A stretch of DNA of 64,000 nt from a virus: IMG/VR virus record IMGVR_UViG_3300027747_002638; one strand, 5' to 3'. Both the position numbers and the translations under genes were made by a program. How positions within the stretch are numbered: position 1 is the first letter of the stretch; every line of letters begins with the position of its first letter. The notes beneath the pieces are model-generated. The model saw only the letters and a program-made list of their open reading frames with translations. It made no database searches and was not told the origin of the DNA. Below are positions 42,206 to 51,052 of the stretch, one piece after another.

Positions 42206-43318
42206 TTATTCGTAGCTATCTCTATCAATAGCAATCACATAGGGAAATCTTGGCACTTCATCTGGTGTGTAATTGAAGAATTTTATAGTAGCTTTCTTGC
42301 CAATGATCTTGTTTTTATCTTTGAGAAGTTTAGCTAGGTATTCAAAATCACCTTTGATATTACTTTTGAACATCCTACCATCTTTATTTTTAAAACACAT
42401 ATATCCAGCAGTTCCTTTTCTATTTCCTTCGCCTTCTGCAACATCTAAAATTTGAAATTCAGCATCCATAAATTCTTTTCTTTTAAGAAGAAACTTACTA
42501 CGCTTATTCTCATAAGGTCTATTAAGTCTAACCATCTGACCCTCATAACCATTCTCCATATACATTTCATAAGATTCAGTAAGTTCTTTTTCGTTACTTA
42601 CTTTTAGGGTAGTTACAATAACTATACTTGTATATTTCCTTTTAGTAAGAGCATTAGAAAATAATTCATATCTCTCATAGAATAAATCTTTTTCATTTAA
42701 CAAACCAATTTTAGGTGCATCATAAACCCAATACTGAATACTATCTGCACTTTCCTCTAGTTCCTCATCAGTAGGTTTAGTTCTTTTTACAAGAGAGCAA
42801 ATCTTATTAAAATCATTTGCAAACTTATCACAATATAACTCACCATCAAGAATAGCATTAGGATAATCTTTAAAGAATAAATCTAGATTCTGGCGAATGT
42901 GAGGAGCAGAAATAATCTTCTTGCCGTTTCTGCTAAACATTCCATCTTTTGTTACAATACAACGAATACCATCAAGTTTAGGTTGGCTATAAACTGGATA
43001 ATTGATTTCGTGATCTTCATATTTTTGTGCAAGCATTGGCTCAAAGTATTGAACCTTATTAATATCTTTGATAGACTCAAAGTAACCAGATTCTAATTTC
43101 TTCTTGCGTTTTGCTTCTGCTTCTTTGATTGCTTGTTCTTCTGGAGTAGTAGCATTTGCTCTGCCAGCATTTTTAATATCACAATCACTCCAATTATTAG
43201 TAATCTTTTCACCATCTGTTTGACCAGAAATAGTGCGGTATTGATTTCCTTTAACTTCAATAGTCCACTCTTGGACTTTGCCAGTTTTAGTCTTTTTATA
43301 AATTGTAGGTAACTTCAT
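42206..43318 (-). CDS. lig: ATP-dependent DNA ligase
   Basis: PMLA, QPKLDGIRC, LDGELY, GYEGQMVR, KRSKFLLKRK, PRFP. Confidence 0.92.
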   Translation of the reverse strand: MKLPTIYKKTKTGKVQEWTIEVKGNQYRTISGQTDGEKITNNWSDCDIKNAGRANATTPEEQAIKEAEAKRKKKLESGYFESIKDINKVQYFEPMLAQKYEDHEINYPVYSQPKLDGIRCIVTKDGMFSRNGKKIISAPHIRQNLDLFFKDYPNAILDGELYCDKFANDFNKICSLVKRTKPTDEELEESADSIQYWVYDAPKIGLLNEKDLFYERYELFSNALTKRKYTSIVIVTTLKVSNEKELTESYEMYMENGYEGQMVRLNRPYENKRSKFLLKRKEFMDAEFQILDVAEGEGNRKGTAGYMCFKNKDGRMFKSNIKGDFEYLAKLLKDKNKIIGKKATIKFFNYTPDEVPRFPYVIAIDRDSYE

Positions 43319-43349
43319 AGTCTCAGTTTATACTGGACTAGCCAACTTG

Positions 43350-43538
43350 TCAAATTTTGTTTTTTTTTGATTTAGAAGGACTTACGACTTTCAATAAACT
43401 CCAACTACCATCTTTGTTATCTTGCCAATCAATCGTATCACCGATTTTCCATCCCATTTTTTTCATTAAAGAATTTGGTAACTCAATGTATTGATAACCA
43501 TTTTCTTCTTTTACTTCAATTTTAATAGGGGTTTTCAT
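43350..43538 (-). CDS. AbrB/MazE/SpoVT-family DNA-binding protein
   Basis: IELPNSLMKKMGWKIGDTIDW. Confidence 0.7.
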   Translation of the reverse strand: MKTPIKIEVKEENGYQYIELPNSLMKKMGWKIGDTIDWQDNKDGSWSLLKVVSPSKSKKNKI

Positions 43539-44122
43539 TATTTTGATATTTTATTCATTACTGAAATATTTTGTAAATTTAATTCTATTATAGCATTATT
43601 TACCGCTTGTCCAGCTTCATCTTCAGTTTTAAAAAAACCTAAATGCTTTTCAATAGTTTTTTGATTTTTGTATTTCGGATAATTTTTTGGTATAGTAACT
43701 CTTGCTCTCCAAATTTTTCCAGTTTTAAGTTTTAATGCTTTCTTGTCTAAATTTACTCCGATATATTTAGAAGATGTTGCTTTTACTCTTTTCCTTCTTT
43801 TCCTTCTGTTTTCTTGCATAGTTAATGGCTTTAAATTATCTATTGTATTATTTAATGGGTTAAAATCTGTATGGTCTATTTCTTCTGGCAAATATCTATG
43901 CTTATGATAGAATAAAATATTATGCAATAATACTCTAATTATTTTTCCTTTTCTACTATAATTAATTTGAGGATATTTACATCCACCACTTACTTGAGGA
44001 ATATATGTATGATTAGTTTTTCTTTTGGTTACTGATTGTTCAGATAAATTAATAAATAATTCTTCATCCATTTTATCTGCACTAGGCCAAAGTTCAAGAA
44101 CAACTCTAAAATTTTTTCTCAT
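43538..44122 (-). CDS. HNH-AP2 homing endonuclease
   Basis: IDHTDFNPLNNTIDNL plus SSKYIGV...WRARV...HLGFFKTEDEA. Confidence 0.82.
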   Translation of the reverse strand: MRKNFRVVLELWPSADKMDEELFINLSEQSVTKRKTNHTYIPQVSGGCKYPQINYSRKGKIIRVLLHNILFYHKHRYLPEEIDHTDFNPLNNTIDNLKPLTMQENRRKRRKRVKATSSKYIGVNLDKKALKLKTGKIWRARVTIPKNYPKYKNQKTIEKHLGFFKTEDEAGQAVNNAIIELNLQNISVMNKISK

Positions 44123-44766
44123 CTTGGTGTTAAAACCTTTATGATTTTTCTAATGCCTTTCCATTGTAACCAATTCAAAAAATTAATAATCTTGACAATG
44201 CCAATAGAAAGTTTCCATTCAATAAAATTCATAGTCTTAACATAATATTTAAAGTAGAAACTATAAACTGGACATTTCATTTTTCTTTCGTGATCTTCTA
44301 TTTCTTTCATAAAAGATTCTTGTGCCTCTATTCTTTGACCAGATGAATTTTTTTCTATGGGCTTAATTAAGGATATTTCTGTTAATAAACCTTGGACTAC
44401 AACGCATTTCCAGTCTGGAAAGTAATCATAGCTTTCCTTGGTTTTGCCAGAGATGTAAGCACCAAAAGTAAATGTGCCAGTATAATCATCTCTAAAAACT
44501 TCTTCTCTACTATCTTCTACCAATTTATTCTTATTAAAAAATTCACCAAATCTACTACCATCTTTTACATAATCTGGATTATCTTCCCAATGGCTAGTTA
44601 TTTTTAATTCAAATAATCTATAATCACGAATAATATAAGTAGACATAAGACTTTCTTCTAGTTCTTTTGTTTGAAATTCTTCTTTCTTGAAATCAATATT
44701 AAGAGCTTTCAACTCATCATTAAGAGGTAAATCTTGCTCGACTTTGATATAATTAAACATACCCAT
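44119..44766 (-). CDS. hypothetical phage protein
   Basis: MGMFNYIK...FQTKEL motif common in phage proteins. Confidence 0.65.
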   Translation of the reverse strand: MGMFNYIKVEQDLPLNDELKALNIDFKKEEFQTKELEESLMSTYIIRDYRLFELKITSHWEDNPDYVKDGSRFGEFFNKNKLVEDSREEVFRDDYTGTFTFGAYISGKTKESYDYFPDWKCVVVQGLLTEISLIKPIEKNSSGQRIEAQESFMKEIEDHERKMKCPVYSFYFKYYVKTMNFIEWKLSIGIVKIINFLNWLQWKGIRKIIKVLTPR

Positions 44767-44783
44767 ATACTATATATTATCCT

Positions 44784-45446
44784 TTATTTAATTTTTGTCA
44801 ATTTTATATTGCCTTTTTTATCTATAACAACATAGCCACATTCTTTTTCACAGAAACTTCCAGTATTTACATATTTATCTGTATTTTCTGGAAGATGAGT
44901 ATGACCACAAATTATCTTATCATATCCATTCATATTAATATATTTTAAAGCGTTTTGTTTAATGTTGGAGCTTTTCTCTACAAAATCGTTTGTATGATGT
45001 TTAAATAATCTAAAGAAATCCTCTGCAAATGGAGTATAGTGTCTGATGAAGTAATATACCTTAATAATAAAATTAGTAATCCATTTGTATTTTGTAAAAT
45101 AAATATCAAATATATCTCCGTGAACCACTAATATCTTTTCATCTTTTAAATCTATGATATGTTCGTCCTTGCAATTAAAGCCAAGAAGAATACTCATAAA
45201 CTCTGCTTTAAGAAAACAATGATTGCCAATTAAATAAATTATCTTGCATTTTTTAGAAAGTTTGCGTAATTTAGATAATACCTTCCAATGGGCTTTATTT
45301 AACCTATGTAAATTGTGGTGGTCAAAAAGATCGCCAGCAATTATAATTGTTTTTGCTTTGTTTTCTTTTAATACTTTTAAAACTAAATCTGCTCTGGAAT
45401 GTTTATCTCCAAGATGAATGTCTGATAATATTAAATATTTATTCAT
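44784..45446 (-). CDS. LpxH-like metallophosphoesterase (UDP-2,3-diacylglucosamine diphosphatase family)
   Basis: SDIHLG, AGDLFD, IGNH, VHGD.FD, CGHTHLP, YVNTGS. Confidence 0.8.
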   Translation of the reverse strand: MNKYLILSDIHLGDKHSRADLVLKVLKENKAKTIIIAGDLFDHHNLHRLNKAHWKVLSKLRKLSKKCKIIYLIGNHCFLKAEFMSILLGFNCKDEHIIDLKDEKILVVHGDIFDIYFTKYKWITNFIIKVYYFIRHYTPFAEDFFRLFKHHTNDFVEKSSNIKQNALKYINMNGYDKIICGHTHLPENTDKYVNTGSFCEKECGYVVIDKKGNIKLTKIK

Positions 45447-45531
45447 TACCAATGATGTATTGCGTTAATTATAAGAACTATATTAGCAATTACACCAAGG
45501 ATAACTATAAACATTTCATATAGCTTGTGCG

Positions 45532-46431
45532 TCATAAGTTTGCAAAAGATTGTTCTTTCATCTTTAATTCAAAATCCACATCTATATTATCATAACCATA
45601 AGTATTAGGCAAGGACTTTGCGTAGTCTGCGTGTTTGCGTGGATTCTTGTGACCATCAATGCTTTCGGAGTAATGAAATAGTGGAGTATGATTGCCCCAA
45701 GTAATTCGTGCAAGATGAAACGCTTGTTCCTCTGATAGATTATCTGGATGACATTTGTGATGAAGATAATCAAAAGTAATAGGAATGTTAGAAACAGAAT
45801 GGAAATGTTTCATAAGTTTCTTAACTGACCAGCAAGTGTCTTTATCGTCATTTTCAATAACTAATCTAGACCTAACATCGTTTGATAGTTTTTCAAAGTT
45901 ACTCATAAACTTTTTAACTATATGATTTAGATTGCCCTTGGAATTATGTATGTGCATATTCATAGGTGCATCATAGTTTAGTGGACAGCCAATTTGTGTC
46001 ATAAACCAACCATAGTGATTTAATTCTTTGATTGTTTTGTCGATTGCATTTTGATTGTCACTTGCAAGAACATTAAATTCAGAGGGATGGCAAGAAACTC
46101 TTGCGTTCTTGGATTGAACTAGATTCTTGATATTATTAAACTGATTTACTATTCTCTCATAGTCTGGCAAATCTTGTAATGATACATTTGCTTTGTCATA
46201 AGTAATAAGAGGAAATAGATCAGAAGAAATTCTATAAGTATGATTATGGTCGGCACAATATTTTATGTATTGATAAGTGGTAGTCATATTGTTTAATATT
46301 CTAGAGGATAGGGTAGAAAGAGCTTCTTTCCTATCCATCGCAGAAAAACGAGCATAAGTCATAGTATTGAACTTGATAGGATTATCTTGTTCAGTTAGAC
46401 TTAATACAATACAACAAACTCCTTTTCTCAT
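45532..46431 (-). CDS. uvsE: UV damage endonuclease UvsE/UVDE
   Basis: YRISSDLFP, SCHPSEFNVLAS, RLVIENDDK, PITFDYLHH, HYSES...HADY, FELKMKE. Confidence 0.92.
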   Translation of the reverse strand: MRKGVCCIVLSLTEQDNPIKFNTMTYARFSAMDRKEALSTLSSRILNNMTTTYQYIKYCADHNHTYRISSDLFPLITYDKANVSLQDLPDYERIVNQFNNIKNLVQSKNARVSCHPSEFNVLASDNQNAIDKTIKELNHYGWFMTQIGCPLNYDAPMNMHIHNSKGNLNHIVKKFMSNFEKLSNDVRSRLVIENDDKDTCWSVKKLMKHFHSVSNIPITFDYLHHKCHPDNLSEEQAFHLARITWGNHTPLFHYSESIDGHKNPRKHADYAKSLPNTYGYDNIDVDFELKMKEQSFANL

Positions 46432-46477
46432 AGTAAAAGTATATTACTATTTGTCAAATCTGTCAATACTTTATATG

Positions 46478-46675
46478 TTATTTGTAAATGTATGTAGCTG
46501 AACCATTATGGTTTTTTAATTCTTTTTTAATCAACGACTTATCTCTTTCATCTGACCAATTTATACTATCAAAGTTTTCCTTAAACCTATTAGAGAAACA
46601 ATTTCTTGCTTTATCGCCTTTTCCAGCACCATTATTTGGCCGAGATTGATTCATATTTGGACTTTTTTCATTCAT
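46478..46675 (-). CDS. small hypothetical protein
   Basis: GAGKGDKAR...FKENFDSINW motif. Confidence 0.6.
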   Translation of the reverse strand: MNEKSPNMNQSRPNNGAGKGDKARNCFSNRFKENFDSINWSDERDKSLIKKELKNHNGSATYIYK

Positions 46676-47129
46676 ATATTTGGCTTTTTCGTGTTCACAA
46701 ATATAGATATTTGGCTAAATCCTACTCACAAATAGGAGTATATTTGCCTAAATCTCGTTAGCAAATATTACTTTTTAAAGTCACCAAGATCGCGATCAAA
46801 AGAAAACTTTCCAGGTTTTTCTACAAGACCTTGATAAGTTTCTTCTGTACATCCAGCCATTTCGGTAAATGGAGCTACTACTGCAAAAATTCCAAATGCA
46901 CCAATTGTTGCTGCGGTTGAAATTGGGCGAACAAATACTAAGTCTCCAGCAGATAGAAAGCCATCTGCAACTGGAGTGGATTCGCTTTGAGTACCAGTAT
47001 CTGACAAGCCTAAAGAGGCAGAAAATAGTGCAATTAATGCTAGTGTTTTAATTTTATTCATATTAATATATTATATATGACTATTATGGTTTTGTCAAAT
47101 ATATTTGGCATTTTCTTGTTAGCAAATAT
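46676..47129. repeat. four 29-bp palindromes ATATTTG-N15-CAAATAT
   Basis: Copies at 46676-46704, 46707-46735 (ends CAAATAG), 46740-46768 and 47101-47129. Confidence 0.75.
46768..47061 (-). CDS. exported/membrane hypothetical protein
   Basis: Signal peptide; DLVFVRP...P...F.RDLGDF motif. Confidence 0.65.
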   Translation of the reverse strand: MNKIKTLALIALFSASLGLSDTGTQSESTPVADGFLSAGDLVFVRPISTAATIGAFGIFAVVAPFTEMAGCTEETYQGLVEKPGKFSFDRDLGDFKK

Positions 47130-47136
47130 GATATTT

Positions 47137-47223
47137 TGGAACGAGTAGGATTTGAACCTACGGATGGATTTAACCATCGGAAGTTTAGTAAACTTCTGCT
47201 TTAGACCACTCAGCCATCGTTCC
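47137..47223 (-). tRNA. tRNA-Ser(ACT)
   Basis: GGAACGA acceptor, GAAGT-TT-ACT-AA-ACTTC, long variable arm, GTAGG-TTCAAAT-CCTAC. Confidence 0.82.
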
Positions 47224-47232
47224 AAAAACTTT

Positions 47233-47733
47233 TTACATTTCCCAATTTTTCCAATCTAAACCTTCGGTATAGTGAATATCATTATGACAATGAAAACACA
47301 ATAAATCACATTCGTTTGCTTCTTCTTTTATTTTATCCCAAGGTTTAGAAGCTATTGAATGACCATTGATTTCAAATGATTTTTTAATTGGATCCCTATG
47401 ATGAAAACAAAGATTGCTTATATTTTTATCGTAATTACATTTGATACATTTACCGCCATTCTCTAACACTAATTTTTTCTTTCTTAAATATCTTCTTCTT
47501 TTGGTATATAAATGACTAATTTTATTAAAAGCTTTCTTTTGTTCTTTTGTCATTTTTTGATAATTCTTTGCACTATTAGGACTTGGTTCTTTATGAATAT
47601 GTATTTGTTTGGTGTTGTGTTTTTTGAAAGGAGAACATTCAAAGCAATACTTACGTTTTTGAAGGTTATACGTTTTTCCTTCTATAATTATTCTATTAGG
47701 AACTATATTATTACAATTTGGGCAATTTCTCAT
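47233..47733 (-). CDS. HNH endonuclease
   Basis: GGKCIKCNY...LCFHHRDP..K...CDLLCFHCH. Confidence 0.8.
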   Translation of the reverse strand: MRNCPNCNNIVPNRIIIEGKTYNLQKRKYCFECSPFKKHNTKQIHIHKEPSPNSAKNYQKMTKEQKKAFNKISHLYTKRRRYLRKKKLVLENGGKCIKCNYDKNISNLCFHHRDPIKKSFEINGHSIASKPWDKIKEEANECDLLCFHCHNDIHYTEGLDWKNWEM

Positions 47734-47757
47734 ATTTCAATTTATTTAAAATAAGTT

Positions 47758-48235
47758 TTAAATATTTCCAGCGACTTCATTTACATGACCTTTTATTAGA
47801 TTATATATTCTTACTTCTTCTTTATTAGCTTTTCTTTCAACTCTGCGAAGATTATTAAATTTATACTCTTTTAACTGATGATGCTTGAAGTGGTATACTG
47901 GTTTATTTGAATAAACTTCATTAGTAAATCTAATATATCTAAAAGGTAAAACTTCACCTTTGATTTTATAAAGAGTACCTAATACTGGTTGCTCTTTTTC
48001 TTCTTCAAATACTCCATCAATAAAGTTTAGAATTTTTTTTAACATTTTTCTTTTTCCTTTTGTTTTTCGGTTTAGATTCGACATATTTCCAAATTAAACC
48101 TTTTTTATCAAGATCTACACTCCATAACATTACTTTATTATAAATTTTGAATCCATATCCATCTCCCCAAAACATAATAGTTCTGCTTAAAATATCTCCA
48201 ATCGAATAGAAAAAGTAAGACAATAAAAATCTCAT
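47758..48235 (-). other. two small hypothetical CDS (47758-48084, 48017-48235)
   Basis: ORF track. Confidence 0.5.
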
Positions 48236-48279
48236 ATTAATATATTATAGTACTTTTTTTTAAAAAAACAAGTGTAATT

Positions 48280-48681
48280 TTATATTCTCTGTTCTCTTCC
48301 TTTGCCTTTATTTAAATTTTTATAAGATTCGGTCAAAGAATGGCAATTTGGGCATAAAACTTGAAGATTATTGATATTATTATTTTTATAATTTCCATCT
48401 TTATGATGTACTTCTAAGGTGCTTTTATTGGTTATTAAATTTTTTTTATCCCACCCACAAAGTTCGCATGAACTATTTACTTTTGATATTAAATAATTTC
48501 TAATAAAAGATTTGGTTTGACCATTTGTTTTGTATCCAAGTTCATCACCATTTAACCATTTTTGTATTTTAAATTGATTTTGATATTTAGATTGACAAAT
48601 ATTATTACAATAAAATTTTTCTGGTTTGTTACACTCTTTACTGCAATTTTTGCATTTTCTTCTTGATTTTTTGATGTTCAT
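48280..48681 (-). CDS. HNH endonuclease
   Basis: CELCGW...LEVHHKDGNYKNNNINNLQVLCPNCHS. Confidence 0.88.
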   Translation of the reverse strand: MNIKKSRRKCKNCSKECNKPEKFYCNNICQSKYQNQFKIQKWLNGDELGYKTNGQTKSFIRNYLISKVNSSCELCGWDKKNLITNKSTLEVHHKDGNYKNNNINNLQVLCPNCHSLTESYKNLNKGKGREQRI

Positions 48682-48699
48682 ATTCGATGTGATTAATGC

Positions 48700-48735
48700 T
48701 CAATAGGTCATCGGTTCGAATTCGATTTCTGGCTC
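48700..48735 (+). pseudogene. tRNA 3'-half remnant
   Basis: TCAAT-AGGTC-ATCGG-TTCGAAT-TCGAT-TTCTGGCT (anticodon 3' strand, variable loop, T-arm, acceptor strand); no 5' half found. Confidence 0.4.
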
Positions 48736-49181
48736 TTTTTTACTTCATAAAAAAATAATAATTCTTCATTCTGATTAATATCTTTATGTGCTATCCAGAC
48801 TATTTTTCTTTTTTCAATTGAGTATAGATATTTTATATTAAGGTCTTTTAATTTTTCTGCACTATTGTAAACTATAGAGTGACCTAATGGCAGGCATTTA
48901 AAGTTTTCTCCTTTTTCATTTTTATAGTCGTAAAAATATTCATCAAATTTTGGATCTGGTTGATATTTGCTTGGTAAATCGAAAGGAATAATATAACAGA
49001 TTTCAATAATATCGTCTTTCTTTATATTTTTTTTAGTAAAAACTCCGTTACCTGCGTTTTCTATTTTTGATTTAGTAATATACAAATCTGAATTAGAAAA
49101 ATAATCCATATTCATTAACTCCTCTTCCGAGAACTCTGGATGATTAAAATAAAAAATTTTAAAAATTTGATTTGATTTCAT
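48708..49181 (-). CDS. SET-domain protein (putative lysine methyltransferase)
   Basis: SKIENAGNGVFTKKNIKKDDII...YNS...IAHKDINQNEELLFFY. Confidence 0.78.
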   Translation of the reverse strand: MKSNQIFKIFYFNHPEFSEEELMNMDYFSNSDLYITKSKIENAGNGVFTKKNIKKDDIIEICYIIPFDLPSKYQPDPKFDEYFYDYKNEKGENFKCLPLGHSIVYNSAEKLKDLNIKYLYSIEKRKIVWIAHKDINQNEELLFFYEVKKSQKSNSNR

Positions 49182-49872
49182 TTTCTAATAAAGATAGTAA
49201 TAAAGTTAAATGATAAACATTCCAAGATGTTCCGTCTTTTTCTGGATTTTCTTTTTTATCATCGTATAGATTTTTTTCAATAATTTGCCTTAAAAGATTT
49301 ATAGCTTCTTTTAAGTTTTTACTTTTTATATTTTTAAAAAATTCCAAAGATTCTTTTTGAGTAAAATCATTTTTTGCCATATTTGCACTATAGCATACAA
49401 ATTGTACATTCCCTATTTGGTAAGGTAAATCGGAATCAATTCTATCCAAACTAGCTTTAATTGGGCTTTTTTTAATGTCTGCGTCTTGTGTTGTTCTTGG
49501 CAGATCCATTTTAAGACCAGTAAGAGTACATTCTCCATTTTGAGATTCATAAATGTCTTTAAGATATTCGTTAGTTAAATCTGTATCAAGGCCTTTTTCT
49601 TTATTCTTGAGTTTTGCTTTGTTTTTGTAATACTTGAATGGACTATATTCATCTAATCTATTATTAGCGTATCCAGTTAAGAATGTGCCTTCTTCATCTC
49701 TATATTTTGCTAAATGCTCTGGATTTTTTTTATTAGCAAATATTCCAGAGCATATATTGTTGCAAAAAAAATCTTTTTGTCCAGCCTTTATTTTTCTATT
49801 ATAGTCAGATTTTATCTTTTCTATATCTTTTTGGCATTCTGAGCACTTTATTGTAATTGTTGATCTCGCCAT
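49159..49872 (-). CDS. HNH/EndoVII-like endonuclease
   Basis: QNGECTLTG...ASLDRIDSDLPY..GNVQFVC..ANMAKN. Confidence 0.72.
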   Translation of the reverse strand: MARSTITIKCSECQKDIEKIKSDYNRKIKAGQKDFFCNNICSGIFANKKNPEHLAKYRDEEGTFLTGYANNRLDEYSPFKYYKNKAKLKNKEKGLDTDLTNEYLKDIYESQNGECTLTGLKMDLPRTTQDADIKKSPIKASLDRIDSDLPYQIGNVQFVCYSANMAKNDFTQKESLEFFKNIKSKNLKEAINLLRQIIEKNLYDDKKENPEKDGTSWNVYHLTLLLSLLENEIKSNF

Positions 49873-49940
49873 TTTTTAATTCTAATACAAAAATATATTC
49901 TTGTCAAATAATAAATGTTCTTTGAGTGATTCGATTTACT

Positions 49941-50330
49941 TGGACCCGAAAGGAGTTGAACCTTTGTCTTTTAAAAATCTAAATTAAAATACTACAAGTT
50001 TAGTTCTTTTTATTTTTTAGCTTTGTATAGATATAAGAACAAACATACTTAGCGTATTCTATCTTGAATATTATTATTTAAAGAACAGAAAAACTATTAA
50101 ATAATAAACATCTAATTACGCAATATTCCAGTAGATGCGTCGTGGATATCACGCTGTAGAACTTAGGCTACAGAAGCGGTCATCTCAACAAGAGAAACTC
50201 TTGCAGAAATATGACCTTTATATTTTGCTGTTTTGGCAGTTAATATAAGTGAAACTTTTTAAGGAGTCCTCGATTCAACCTCCACTTGCATTTCAATTCA
50301 TTTTCTTAAAATCGAAACCAGTACGGGCCC
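49941..50330 (-). ncRNA. ssrA: tmRNA (SsrA)
   Basis: 5' GGGCCCGUACUGGUUUCGA; 3' GGUUCAACUCCUUUCGGGUCCA with G3:U70; tag ORF 50237-50163 AKTAKYKGHISARVSLVEMTASVA*. Confidence 0.92.
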
Positions 50331-50438
50331 AATGTTAAAGAACTAACTAATCTTACACATTATAATACTTTTAATAAAATAAAGCAAGTTTTTATTAAAA
50401 AATTTGACAAAAATTTAAAATTGAAATAGTATACAAGA

Positions 50439-50750
50439 TACATAGTTCCCAATTAGAGCAGTTTGTTGATGTCAAACAATCAACTATCGATCCTTGAGAT
50501 AGCAACGTCCCAAGGGCTGACGACTATTAAAACCTTCATTTGTACATGATATGGCTAAAGAAGGAAATGTAGCTATAGGCATCGCAGAATGTAGTGATCG
50601 AAGCTACCTCTGATCCGTAAGTGCGATGGCCCTTTTACTGCTGAGATCGCAGTAAAATTTGGAGTCAAAAGAAAAGTTGGATCGATAATACTCAACTTCA
50701 GATATATAGAATCTGGAGGTAAAGCCCTTTTGGATATCAAAGAAAAGTTA
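50439..50750 (+). ncRNA. candidate ~300-nt structured ncRNA, divergent from tmRNA
   Basis: Promoter TTGACA-N17-TAGTAT; GC-elevated, ORF-poor, several hairpins (e.g. TTTTACTGC/GCAGTAAAA, CATCGCA/TGCGATG). Confidence 0.55.
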
Positions 50751-50857
50751 TAATATTAGGATATCGTATTTAAATTAGATTAATAGTAATATTTATGACA
50801 GGTTTTATATAAGTAAAGAAATATTATGAATTCTTTTAGAAAACTAAATTGTAATTT

Positions 50858-51052
50858 TTATTTTTTTAAGATTTTAAAATTCTTGCCAGTTGCGTCTATT
50901 TTTTTGAGATAAGTTTTAGCTTTAGTTAAGCCTTCTTCAGATAATGGAAAAACCCCATAAAGATACTTTGTGCCTTTAGATACTATATAATAGTAAGAAT
51001 TCTTCTCTGTCTTTTTTCTTTTATTGATTTTCTTTTGGTTTTTCTGCTTCAT
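50858..51052 (-). CDS. small basic hypothetical protein
   Basis: ORF track. Confidence 0.5.
   Translation of the reverse strand: MKQKNQKKINKRKKTEKNSYYYIVSKGTKYLYGVFPLSEEGLTKAKTYLKKIDATGKNFKILKK

Noticed and set aside
50436-50530. Group I intron (ATAGT / GACTAT resemble P7 elements)
   Set aside because: The elements are in the wrong order, no interrupted gene flanks them, and other core motifs were not found.
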